Made by a program: the position numbers and the translations under genes. A stretch of 63,227 nucleotides of DNA, counting the filler, from Octopus bimaculoides (lineage: Eukaryota): the NCBI RefSeq assembly GCF_001194135.2. It is 6 parts of 6 records of this genome, joined end to end, with 100 filler letters (N's around TTAATTAATTAA, not from the genome) between each part and the next. Parts side by side here need not be neighbours in the genome. Positions count along the whole stretch, not along the records: positions 27,812 to 42,731 come from NC_068993.1; positions 42,832 to 56,125 come from NC_068991.1; 4 more parts are not named here. One strand, given 5' to 3'. The notes beneath the pieces were generated by a model. It made no database searches. It saw nothing but the letters and a program-made list of their open reading frames with translations, and was not told where the DNA came from. This document shows positions 40,181 through 52,475 of the stretch, one piece after another. How positions within the stretch are numbered: the first letter of the stretch is position 1; the number at the start of each line of letters is the position of its first letter.

Positions 40181-41649
40181 TCGAGGAGGATAATCTCATT
40201 AAAGCTCTGCAATAGGTGTTGCTGTCAATTCGATACAAGCTCTTTGGATTATCGGATTAAATGGATATCTTTACCAGGCATCTTTATTTTTTATTTCACG
40301 TTGATATATTTTCAAATACTGTATTAAAAAAATTTTTTAATTTGAAGATTTTAACGTAAAAGTAGCCTTTTTGTCTGTTGACTTAAATCCATATTTGAAA
40401 ATGAGATAGATGTTGCTTAGATTCTCTTCGCGTTTGTCAAAGAAAATTTGCTAGCCATCGTTGTCTCTTACAGAAATATTCTTTCTATTTCATGAGACAC
40501 CTAAGGTAGATTTTCTTGAATTTAATCGCCACAGTTTTCGTTGATGAATCTATTTTTTCTTCGTGTATTTAAAGTTTTTGTGTTTTAGACGGTTTAACTG
40601 AAAGAAACTTAAAGGCCGAACGTGTTAAATTGTGTTTGTATGTGTAAATGTTTGTATGTGTGTGTGTACATGTGTGTGCGTGCGTGCGTATGTGTGAGTG
40701 TGCGCACATATATATGCATATGTGCATATATATGTGTATGATGTGTATGTATGTATATATATTTGATATATAATGTGAGAGAGAGAGAGAGAGAGAGAGA
40801 AAGGGCGTGAGGGCATATGCGCGTCAAACTACACCATCAAAAATGACAGTACTTTAAAAGAAATGAGTTGAAAATGGCATTTAACAAATACAATTTTATT
40901 AGATACATTACATATATTTCATAAGAACTTGGTTCGTAAGAATGATTAAATTTTTCTTTGAAATATTTTGAAAAATTGGATCTAAAAAGAATTAAGTATA
41001 AAAAAAATTTTCATATAATTTTTTTTTATAGTTTGTGAGTAAAATAATAGACTTGACGGTAAAACAATAAAATCTTGTTGAGAAATTTCGCCAACTCTTA
41101 TTTTACTGAATTACTATTGAAACTGCAGTGTCGAAATTGACTGCAATTCACAAATATATTAAGAGTTATTCCTATTTATGATTTATGCTAAGGAATGCAG
41201 AAACACTCTGTGGAGTTTACAGACCACAGTTTAGTTATGTAATATAATATATATATATATAATATCAATGATATTACCGGCAATATTCCTCGAAAATTTT
41301 CGTCCCTATAAGAAGCTGAAGTCGGGGCTTGAACTAACATCGTTGGTTCTACCACTGAACTATATGAGAACAAATTATGCAAACAACAAATATCAATGAA
41401 GAATTTAGTGACACACACACACACACACACACACATGTATGTATATATGAATTATCCGTGTGTATATGTATATGTATAAAGGTAGATCAAATACCATACG
41501 ACCAGCGGTGTATAACAACATCCAATAGTCTGATCGATAGCGTGGTAACGAGTGATATTTGTATGTGTGTGTGTGTGTGTGTGTGTGTGCATGTATACAC
41601 ACATACACACATACATGCGTGCACACACACACACACACACACGTGCACA

Positions 41650-42054
41650 TATTCTTTTACTTGTTTCAGTCATTAGATTGCAGCCGTGCTGGGGCACCGC
41701 CTTGAAACAATTTGGTCGAACCAATCAACTCCAGCACTTGCTATTTTTTAAAAAGCCTGGTAACATGTTCTATCAGTCTCTTTTGCCGAACGTCTAAGTA
41801 ACGCAGTCATAAATACACCAAAATCGGTGGTGATGGAGGACAGACACAGAAACAATCACACACACACACACACACACACGCGTGCGTACGACGGGTTTCT
41901 TTCAGTTTCTTCGGTCTACCAAATCTACTCACAAGGCTTTGATCGGCCCGCAGCTAAATTAGAAGATACTTGCCCAAGGTGCGATGCAGTTGGACTGAAC
42001 CAGAAGCCCTGTGATTGGGAAATAAACTTCTTACCATACAGCCACGCCTGTGCC
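41650..42054 (-). mobile_element. SINE family A, full length
   Basis: Reverse complement of 19882-20265. Confidence 0.85.
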
Positions 42055-42094
42055 TTTGTGTATAAAGTAATGGAAGTCTAAATGATGCTAGCAT

Positions 42095-42420
42095 TTAACT
42101 TGGTAGCACACCAACGTATATCGATTTAACAGGGTACTCTAAAAGATTACATAAGTGTACTCAAAAAGAGCACATAAACATTCCCAATCAATCAACCAGT
42201 GAATTTAGCAGCCAGTGTGAAGTTAAACCGTTGTATAATGACCTTAAGCATCATGCAAATTCCATTCGGTGGGAAGGAGATGCCTTATATTTCACGATGT
42301 AAAGGATAGCTCGGATTTTTGCTACACGTGTTTCTGTAACGTGGTCAATCATCCAGTTATGCGTATTACATGTTATTACGTAACTTTGAATTATTACTTA
42401 ACCCCCACTATTTCATCAAG
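42095..42420 (+). mobile_element. Possible PLE GIY-YIG remnant
   Basis: Fragmentary TYIDLT, IRWE and FCYTCFC motifs in the expected order; strongly decayed. Confidence 0.35.
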
Positions 42421-42938
42421 CAATGTAGAGTTTTTTAGCAGCAAAATCAAAGAATTTGATTTTGTTTGATAAGTGCCGATGCACGTAATTTTCAGCCCCT
42501 TATGTCACTATAACTTCTGCCGATTATCAATAATGATTATAAAAATATATATGTATGTATATGTGTGTGTATATAAAGAGAGTGTAAGAGAGGGAGTTCT
42601 AAATGGAGTTTAAGACCTTTTGTAACAATCGTCCCTGATGGTACTTCTTTCTTCTGTTTCCATTCCCCCTACTATTACACTTTAGTGTGACAGAAAATAA
42701 ATAAATAAATGAATAAAAAATAGACAAATATNNNNNNNNNNNNNNNNNNNNNNNNNNNNNNNNNNNNNNNNNNNNTTAATTAATTAANNNNNNNNNNNNN
42801 NNNNNNNNNNNNNNNNNNNNNNNNNNNNNNNACACATACATAATGCAATAACGTATATGCACATACATACACACACATATATATATACATGCACACACAC
42901 ATAGATACATGCATACATACATGTTTATGTAAATAAAA

Positions 42939-43263
42939 CGAGCACTCCGTCGGTTACGACGACGAAGGTCCCAGCTGATACGATCAACGGAACAACCTGC
43001 TCGTGAAATTAACGTGCAAATGACTGAGCAATCCACAGACACGTGTACCCCCAACATAGTTCTCAGGGAGACTCAGCGTGACACATAGCATGACAAGGCC
43101 GGCCCTTTCAAATACAGGTACGACTCATTTTTGTCAGGTGAGTGGACTGGAGCAACGTGAAATAAAGTGTCTTGCCCAAGGAGACAACGCGTCGCCGGGA
43201 TTCGAACTCACGACCATACGATCGTGAGCCGAATGCCCTAACCACTAAGCCACTCGCCTTCAC
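42939..43263 (-). mobile_element. SINE family C (clear tRNA head and CORE-like ccttgggcaagacactttatttcacgttgctccagtccactc)
   Basis: A-box tggcttagtgg and B-box gagttcgaatccc on minus; copies at 18.1-18.5, 48.0-48.3 and 60.3-60.5 kb. Confidence 0.85.
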
Positions 43264-43586
43264 TGTTTATGTAAATACACATCTACACCCAGAATATGCA
43301 CACTGTGAAACAGATATAATCTCCTTAGACTAGAAGTATATTCTACTTATTTGTATATTGTCTAAGTATTTCGTATGCTCACTCAAGGTAGGATTACTGC
43401 TATGCTGATGATGTTTATAGAGGTAGAAACATTAGTCCACATATATGCTCTTCACGGGAAAACAAAGAGTTTTTTTTTTCCTTTATTTCCAGTAAAACCT
43501 CGTTTAGTGTTGGTCGCAATGGCCGTGTAGTATCTGTTTATTATGATCTTGAACGGAAATGAATTTCAATAAATCAAATATTTATC

Positions 43587-43775
43587 TTATCTTGATATGC
43601 CGTCATTAATCTTTATTGTCGTAGCCACCTTGGTTGTTGCCTCAGTGGTCGTTGCCTCCGTGGTCGTTGCCTCCGTGGTTGTTGCCTCCGTGGTCGTTGC
43701 ATCAGTGGTCGTTGCCTCAGTGGTCGTTGCCTCCGTGGTCGTTGCCTCCGTGGTCGTTGCCTCCGTGGTCGTTGC
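43587..43775 (-). CDS. Possible C-terminal exon of a mucin-like (EATTT)n protein
   Basis: Minus frame ...ATTTEATTTEATTTDATTTE...ATTKVATTIKINDGISR* (TAA 43587-89), with AATAAA 45 nt downstream (43537-42). No start or acceptor visible. Confidence 0.35.
   Translation of the reverse strand, partial: ATTTEATTTEATTTEATTTEATTTDATTTEATTTEATTTEATTTEATTKVATTIKINDGISR
43630..43775. repeat. 15-bp minisatellite (GTGGTCGTTGCCTCC)n; second copy at 44181-44280
   Basis: About 9 units visible before the gap and about 6-7 after it. Confidence 0.95.
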
Positions 43776-44280
43776 NNNNNNNNNNNNNNNNNNNNNNNNN
43801 NNNNNNNNNNNNNNNNNNNNNNNNNNNNNNNNNNNNNNNNNNNNNNNNNNNNNNNNNNNNNNNNNNNNNNNNNNNNNNNNNNNNNNNNNNNNNNNNNNNN
43901 NNNNNNNNNNNNNNNNNNNNNNNNNNNNNNNNNNNNNNNNNNNNNNNNNNNNNNNNNNNNNNNNNNNNNNNNNNNNNNNNNNNNNNNNNNNNNNNNNNNN
44001 NNNNACGGGAAAACAAAGAGTTTTTTTTTTCCTTTATTTCCAGTAAAACCTCGTTTAGTGTTGGTCGCAATGGCCGTGTAGTATCTGTTTATTATGATCT
44101 TGAACGGAAATGAATTTCAATAAATCAAATATTTATCTTATCTTGATATGCCGTCATTAATCTTTATTGTCGTAGCCACCTTGGTTGTTGCCTCAGTGGT
44201 CGTTGCCTCCGTGGTCGTTGTCTCCGTGGTCGTTGCCTCCGTGGTCGTTACCTCCGTGGTCGTTGCCTCAGTGGTCGTTG

Positions 44281-44623
44281 GACTTATTCTTTGTAAGCCT
44301 AGTACTTATTCTATTGGTCGCTTTTGCCGAACTGCTAAGTTAAGGGGACGTAAACACAGCAGTATCGGTTGTCAAGCGATGTTGGGGCGACAGACGCAGA
44401 CATACAAACATATACACACACATACATATACATATATATCTATATATACATATATACGACGGGCTTCTTTCAGTTTCCGTCTACCAAATCCACTCACAAG
44501 GCTTTGGTCGGCCCGACGCTATAGTAGAAAACACTTGCCCAAGGTGCCACGCAGTGGGACTGAACACGGAACCATGTGGTTCGTTAGCAAACTACTTACC
44601 ACACATACAGCCGCTCCTACGCC
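44281..44623 (-). mobile_element. SINE family A, 3'-truncated, abutting the 15-bp minisatellite
   Basis: Well-preserved head and body. Confidence 0.85.
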
Positions 44624-44976
44624 TATATGCAATAAGTGAATTGACTTGCATTAGACTACACGGCGAAATCGAAACTGTTTCGCCGACGTCATTTAGCATG
44701 TGTTTAAAACTAATCCAACGCAGACACGACTGACGATGTTTTGATTTCTGCGTGATACTGAGGAGAATGTAATTAGAAGAAAAGGGAAGAAACAGATATA
44801 AACAATGAAATGTGCTAAACTTGCAAATGTTCTTGTCAGAACGACGTAACGCAGAGGTGTTGGTGCTGAATATCGAAACAGCGAGAAATTAGTCTTACTG
44901 TAGTTGAAGTCAGTCACTTAGTATACTACAGCATGTTGTTAGTCCTTACTTAATGCCCTCCCTTCCTCTCTTCCTT

Positions 44977-45024
<48 letters not shown>

Positions 45025-45320
45025 GCGCATATATACATATATACATGAGGTGTTTCATGGAATAGTAGTTGATTGCTAGTAATTGTTATGGTGTCACCTA
45101 CAGACCTTAACTGTCTATCATGTCGCTTTCTGCGGAAACATAAACACACATTTATACACGCATAGGCATCCATACAAACACACAGCGACGCTCAGACGCA
45201 CGCATATATCGCATGTATGCACTCATATTTATATATGTATATGTGTTTATATAGAATAAATAGATGTTTATATGCATATGTATATTAATGTATATTTACT
45301 GTGCTTGAATGTGTGCGCGC

Positions 45321-45360
<40 letters not shown>

Positions 45361-46238
45361 TCGTGGGTTGCCACGAAGTAATGTCCGTCTGGCAGGAGCA
45401 GCTGAAATGAACGAAACCGCGGGGTACCTTTGACGACATGTCGACTTGCTCCTATTTATACACCCTGTCTTAACAGGGGCCACCAGCGCCGCCGTCGTCA
45501 CCGNNNNNNNNNNNNNNNNNNNNNNNNNNNNNNNNNNNNNNNNNNNNNNNNNNNNNNNNNNNCCCTCCACCACGACCATCGCGACCAGCAGCGACACCTC
45601 CCCTACGACCACCGCCTCCACCAACACCACCAGCAATAGTGGTAGCCGTGAAGAAACAGTCAACAATCAACGCTGCAATTTAGTCGCCATGTTTAATACA
45701 CACGAAATAACAATTGGTGAAATCGCTTCATTTTCTACACGCAATACGAACGTTTTCAAACACAAACTTCTACCCCTTTCTATCCACTCCTATCTTACCA
45801 CCCTTCAACAACCTTTCATTCTTTCTCCTTTCCTCCTCACTTTCTCCTATAATCTCTCCTTACCCTTTTCTTTCTTACCCGTCCTTTGCTTTCATTTGAT
45901 ATATATATTTCTTTATTTATTTCGTCTTTCTCAATTTCTTCCTGCTTTCTTCTTTTATTCTGTTGCTTTCTCTCTCTTCCTTTCAGATATTATTTTCTTT
46001 TTTTTTTCTTTCTGTATTTCTTTACTTTTTCCTCTTTATTTTCTATGATATTTTTCTCCTCTTCCAGCAATACCCTTCATGCGACCACTTCCTCTATTCA
46101 AACTTCCTCCTCCCTTTCCTACAACACGTTAAACACCTTCCTTTATCCTATATTGCACTTTACTTAGCTTCCTTTGGCGTTCAGTACACAGAGAGAAGCA
46201 CGCACGAACACACGCACGCACGAACACACGCACGCACG

Positions 46239-46285
<47 letters not shown>

Positions 46286-46364
46286 NNNNNNNNNNNNNNN
46301 NNNNNNNNNNNNNNNNNNNNNNNNNNNNNNNNNNNNNNNNNNNNNNNNNNNNNNNNNNNNNNNN

Positions 46365-46407
<43 letters not shown>

Positions 46408-46421
46408 TATATACTTATATA

Positions 46422-46765
46422 GGCGCTGGAGTGGCTGTGTGGTAAGTAGCTTGTTTACCCACCACATGGCTCCGGGTTCAGTCCCATTGCATGGCACTTT
46501 GGCCAAGTATCTTCTACTATAGCCTCGGACCCATCAAAGCCTTGTGAGTGGATTTGGTGGACGGAAACTTAAATAAGCCCGTCGTATATATATATGTGTA
46601 GGTATATGTGTGCGTGTGTGTACGTCCCCGAAACCTAGCAGTCCGACAAAATAGACCAATAGAATAAGAACTAGGCTTACAAGGAATAAGTCGTGGGGTA
46701 TATTTGTTCGACTAAAGGCAGTGCTCCAGCATGGCCGCAGTCAAATGACTGAAACAAATAAAGGA
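46422..46765 (+). mobile_element. SINE family A (degenerate pieces also at 46870-47030 - and 47480-47670 +)
   Basis: ggcgctggagtggctgtgtggtaag...gcagtcaaatgactgaaac. Confidence 0.85.
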
Positions 46766-47052
46766 ATAGAAGAATAATAGAATATATATTTATATAAACA
46801 TTCAAGCGCCCGCACGCGCACGCACACACACACACGCACACACACATACTGACACAGGTAGACAGACACACAGACATACATGCATATGATTCTACCAGTT
46901 TTCGTCTTCCAAATTCAGTCAGAAAGCATCGGTCAGCTTTTGGGTTATAGAAAAAAAAAAAAAAACCTGCCGTGTAGTGGAAACGCGCCTGAAACCATAT
47001 TGTTATAAAGCGAGTTTCTTAATCACACAGACATGTCATATATATATATGAA

Positions 47053-47233
47053 CAATTGCAGCGTGAAAGGTGTTTATGAGCCATTTAAAAACACACAAAA
47101 ACTGTTAGATTCACTTCTACATTAAAGTTGTCAAAATATTTCTGCCGCTTTGAAACCACGACCTGTTCACTGATAAAATTCTGGTTTTTGTGTGTGTTTA
47201 AATGGCTTGTAAGCAGCTTCCACGCTGCGATTG
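47053..47233. repeat. Inverted repeat pair (50-bp arms)
   Basis: caattgcagcgtgaaaggtgtttatgagccatttaaaaacacacaaaaac versus the reverse complement of 47184-47233. Confidence 0.8.
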
Positions 47234-47413
47234 ATTTTGCTTCAGCACACGATCTCAGATCAAGTCACTTGCCATGCCAGTATATCTCCGTAATATATAT
47301 ATATATATATATANNNNNNNNNNNNNNNNNNNNNNNNNNNNNNNNNNNNNNNNNNNNNNNNNNNNNNNNNNNNNNNNNNNNNNNNNNNNNNNNNNNNNNN
47401 NNNNNNNNNNNNN

Positions 47414-47454
<41 letters not shown>

Positions 47455-47687
47455 GCATATGTTTTATACGTCTATAAGTGATTTCTGTCTTCGTTTGTCA
47501 TACCTTCACAGCTTCGCAACCGGTCTTGGTTTCTTTACGTCCCAATAACTTTGCGATTCGGCCAAAGAATCCGACTTAAAAATGAAAGCAAACAAGTGGA
47601 TTAATTGGTGTGGCTAGAGTCCTGCAAGGCGATGCTCCCGCATGGCCTTACTCATTAACTCAAACAAGATTACTGTATTTCTGTACG

Positions 47688-47719
<32 letters not shown>

Positions 47720-47720
47720 T

Positions 47721-47912
47721 TATTTCTTTACTACCCACAAGGGGCTACACACAGAGGGGACAAACAAGGACAGACAAACGGTTTAAGTCGATTACATCGA
47801 CCCCAGTGCGTAACTGGTACTTATTTAATCGACCCCGAAAGGATGAAAGGCAAAGTCGACCTCGGCGGAATTTGAACTCAGAACGTAGCGGCAGACGAAA
47901 TACTGCTAAGCA
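47721..47912 (-). mobile_element. SINE family B, head truncated
   Basis: Near-identical reverse complement of 19335-19528. Confidence 0.85.
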
Positions 47913-48021
47913 TATGCATGTATGCATGTATGTATGTATGTATGTATGTATGTATGTATGTATGTATGTATGTATGCATGTGTGTGTGTGTGTATGCGTG
48001 TATGTTTGTGTATATATATAT

Positions 48022-48332
48022 GCGTGGTTTAGTAGTTAGTGTTTTCGGCTCACGATCATAAGGTCCTGAGTTCGATTCCTGGCTGCACGTTGTGCCCCCT
48101 CACCCAGGCACTTCATTTCAAGTTGCTCCAATCAAATTTGGTTGGCAAACATGAGCTTTACCTATAATTCAAAGGCCAGCCTTGTTACATTCTATTTCAC
48201 GCTGAATCTCCCCGAGAACAACGTTAAGGTAATGTTGGGGGTATGCTTAGCCATTTTCACGTTAATTTCACGAACAGGCTGTTCCGTTGATCGGATCAAC
48301 TGGGACCTACGTCGTCGTAACCGACTGAGTAC
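48022..48332 (+). mobile_element. SINE family C
   Basis: Reverse complement of 42939-43263. Confidence 0.8.
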
Positions 48333-48339
48333 CAGTTGT

Positions 48340-48790
48340 GAAAGTTATGTATGTCATTATTTAGTTTATTTCAAGATTTCTTGCCAACATTGAAAGAACC
48401 GGTTTCAAACCTAGTCAAAGGTTCCTTCATTGGAATTTCAATATCAACAACAGGATATTTTTGTATGTATGTATGTATGTATGTATGTGCAGATTTGTAT
48501 GTTTTATATATATATTTAAATGATAAACTTCTGTAAAGTTTTACAGATTTTTACAGTTCCAGTAATGTGTTGAATCTGTAGTCTTCGAATTAGCTTTCTC
48601 CTTTCTGGTTTTGAGAAGCCCAATTTCTCAAAACTGGTATTTAAGCGGCGTGATACCTATCCCAGGGCCCCAATAATTACAGGTATAAACCTGAACTTGT
48701 AATATGGATAGAGTAACTGCAGATTTCTCCATAGTTCAGTATAAGTGTTCTCTTTCTCCCTGATCTTCAGCTTTATGTTAACATCCGTAA
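48340..48790 (-). mobile_element. R4/Dong-type 3' end: end of restriction-like endonuclease domain plus 3' UTR
   Basis: DVNIKLKIREKENTYTELWRNLQLLYPYYKFRFIPVIIGALG*, then FEKLGFSK...TGTVKICKTLQKFII*. Confidence 0.75.
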
Positions 48791-49767
48791 GTATGTCAAC
48801 ATATGTAAATATGTGTGTATGCACGTACGTATGTATGTTTGTATGTATGTATCGCATAGGCACGTAAGTATACCCTCCCCTTCCATATTTACTCTCTATT
48901 CAAGGACAGAATTTCGTCTTTAAACGTAATAAGATCTAACACCTCATATCCACTCTATTGATACTGTATAATACAGAAGAAACACGCTCAGTCTTTTATT
49001 TGCTATATTCAATATGTTTTGCAGCTTGCTAACTCTGAACACAATAACCCCTTGCTAAACCCTAGACTATAAACACCCATCAGGTCCCTAGATTTCACCT
49101 TTTTCTTTTTTTTGGTTATATATATATCTTTTGTAGTTCAATTGAGATTGTATTTAATATTATATTATTGGATGTGTATTGACAAATATATATACAGTAT
49201 ATATATATNNNNNNNNNNNNNNNNNNNNNNNNNNNNNNNNNNNNNNNNNNNNNNNNNNNNNNNNNNNNNNNNNNNNNNNNNNNNNNNNNNNNNNNNNNNN
49301 NNNNNNNNNNNNNNNNNNNNNNNNNNNNNNNNNNNNNNNNNNNNNNNNNNNNNNNNNNNNNNNNNNNNNNNNNNNNNNNNNNNNNNNNNNNNNNNNNNNN
49401 NNNNNNNNNNNNNNNNNNNNNNNNNNNNNNNNNNNNNNNNNNNNNNNNNNNNNNNNNNNNNNNNNNNNNNNNNNNNNNNNNNNNNNNNNNNNNNNNNNNN
49501 NNNNNNNNNNNNNNNNNNNNNNNNNNNNNNNNNNNNNNNNNNNNNNNNNNNNNNNNNNNNNNNNNNNNNNNNNNNNNNNNNNNNNNNNNNNNNNNNNNNN
49601 NNNNNNNNNNNNNNNNNNNNNNNNNNNNNNNNNNNNNNNNNNNNNNNNNNNNNNNNNNNNNNNNNNNNNNNNNNNNNNNNNNNNNNNNNNNNNNNNNNNN
49701 NNNNNNNNNNNNNNNNNNNNNNNNNNNNNNNNNNNNNNNNNNNNNNNNNNNNNNNNNNNNNNNNNNN

Positions 49768-49805
<38 letters not shown>

Positions 49806-50800
49806 TCACGCACACAGATATATACAAATGTTTATATATATGTGTGTGCATGTGTGAGACTGAGTGTGTGAGTGGTTGGGTAAGTGTCTGTGTCCGTGTG
49901 TGTGTCTGTGTGTGGCTGGGTGAATATCTAAGTGTGTTTTGTGTGTGTATGTTTTTGTAGATGTGTGTGTATGTATGTTTATATATTTACATATTTATTA
50001 TTAAGTATATAATGATGTATATGCATATGAATGAGTGAGTGCGTATACACACATACACACATACACACGCGCCCAGACACTCACATCTAGAACCACATTT
50101 TGGGCAGTTTCCCTCCCTGGTGGCAATTAATATGTAAGGTGAGAAAAGCAGAACAAAACACTGTTTGGTTAATCGCAGTTCGTAATGTCAACGAAACGCT
50201 GACGACATTAAGAACAAGATCATCATCATCGTCAATATCATCATCCTCATCCTGATGATCATGATCATGATCATCAACATCATCAGTATCATCGTGGTCG
50301 TGGTGGTGGTCGTCGTCGTCATCATTATCATCATCATCAACACCAACATCAACAACAACAACGACTTATTGTTGAGAATCATAGGGAACGAGAGAGAGAG
50401 ATAAAAGTGCGTGATAGAGAGGGAGAGAGAGAAGATGAGAAAGAGGGAGGGATGGGGAAAGAGAGAGAATAGAACTAAAATGGAATGAAGAGAATTTGAA
50501 TACGGAGATAGAATATAAGAACTATGCAAATTGCTGTGAAACGAGGTTAGACAAAATGGCCGCACCAAGTCTTCAAAATTTGGGGTTGGCTGTTTGGTTT
50601 GTGTTTGCGATGACAATGTTCAGTTTATACGTTCGACCTACATTACCCCATCTCCTTATCTACAAATCACCCCTCTCATGATTTATATGTATGTATGTAA
50701 GTATATACTGCATGTATACATGCGTACATATATGTATACATGTGTGTGTATTTCTCTCTCTTTCTCTCTTTCTTTCTCTCACTCTCCTCTCTCTATATAT

Positions 50801-50840
<40 letters not shown>

Positions 50841-52354
50841 NNNNNNNNNNNNNNNNNNNNNNNNNNNNNNNNNNNNNNNNNNNNNNNNNNNNNNNNNNNN
50901 NNNNNNNNNNNNNNNNNNNNNNNNNNNNNNNNNNNNNNNNNNNNNNNNNNNNNNNNNNNNNNNNNNNNNNNNNNNNNNNNNNNNNNNNNNNNNNNNNNNN
51001 NNNNNNNNNNNNNNNNNNNNNNNNNNNNNNNNNNNNNNNNNNNNNNNNNNNNNNNNNNNNNNNNNNNNNNNNNNNNNNNNNNNNNNNNNNNNNNNNNNNN
51101 NNNNNNNNNNNNNNNNNNNNNNNNNNNNNNNNNNNNNNNNNNNNNNNNNNNNNNNNNNNNNNNNNNNNNNNNNNNNNNNNNNNNNNNNNNNNNNNNNNNN
51201 NNNNNNNNNNNNNNNNNNNNNNNNNNNNNNNNNNNNNNNNNNNNNNNNNNNNNNNNNNNNNNNNNNNNNNNNNNNNNNNNNNNNNNNNNNNNNNNNNNNN
51301 NNNNNNNNNNNNNNNNNNNNNNNNNNNNNNNNNNNNNNNNNNNNNNNNNNNNNNNNNNNNNNNNNNNNNNNNNNNNNNNNNNNNNNNNNNNNNNNNNNNN
51401 NNNNNNNNNNNNNNNNNNNNNNNNNNNNNNNNNNNNNNNNNNNNNNNNNNNNNNNNNNNNNNNNNNNNNNNNNNNNNNNNNNNNNNNNNNNNNNNNNNNN
51501 NNNNNNNNNNNNNNNNNNNNNNNNNNNNNNNNNNNNNNNNNNNNNNNNNNNNNNNNNNNNNNNNNNNNNNNNNNNNNNNNNNNNNNNNNNNNNNNNNNNN
51601 NNNNNNNNNNNNNNNNNNNNNNNNNNNNNNNNNNNNNNNNNNNNNNNNNNNNNNNNNNNNNNNNNNNNNNNNNNNNNNNNNNNNNNNNNNNNNNNNNNNN
51701 NNNNNNNNNNNNNNNNNNNNNNATATATATAGATATGTAGATATAGATATAGATATAGGGAGCTATTGATATAGGCACATTCATGCATACATATATAGAT
51801 ATACGTGTATACACACACGCAAACACACACATACACACACAGGCACACACGCACTCACACGAACACGCCAGTGAACTGCTGTTTCTTATGCCAATTGCCT
51901 TGCTGACTTCAATTGAAATAGCTTAAAAGGAAAAAATATCAAAGATACCTGTGATTTATAGAATGTTTGAGGTTCGTTTTGATATCAGAAAAGAAAGAAA
52001 GAAAAGAAGTACACTATACATGCAAATGATATACGTCACTGAGGTAAGTAGCGAAGTTGAAATGTCTTAGGTGCGGTGATAGAAAGCTGAAGGCTGAAAT
52101 GGACGAAAATAATAAATGTTCGTATCCAAAAATTGAACTTGGGAAAATTTCTTGGAATCCAAAACCTTTGCATCAGGAGCATTCCTATATCATCCCTGCC
52201 ATGCAACGAGTACTACAAATACCGAGACATTGATGAACATACATAGTCTTTTCTACTCTAGGTACAAGGCCCGAGATTTTGCTGTTGATGTTGTTGGTGA
52301 TAATGAAGATATCGACGATGACGACCTCGACCACAACGCAGACCATCCAACAAA

Positions 52355-52475
52355 ATTTCGGTACTTAATTTATCGACCCCGAACGGATGAAAGGCAAAGT
52401 CGACCTCGGCAGAATTTGAACTCAGAACGTAAAGACAGACGAAACACCGTTAAGCATTTCACCCGGCGTGCTAAC
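52355..52475 (-). mobile_element. SINE family B fragment
   Basis: gtacttaatttatcgacccc...gaactcagaacgta. Confidence 0.75.

Noticed and set aside
43190-43263. tRNA gene on the minus strand
   Set aside because: It is the head of SINE family C and lacks a proper acceptor stem.
43597-44639. Plus-strand MPSLIFIVVATLVVASVVVASV ORFs as secreted or membrane proteins
   Set aside because: The hydrophobic repeat is the antisense reading of the 15-mer array and the ORF runs on through a SINE; no supporting gene signals.
45475-45660. GC-rich Thr/Ser/Pro-like ORF after a plus-strand AG
   Set aside because: Indistinguishable from the many degenerate (CAC/CGT)n tracts in the window, and broken by a gap.
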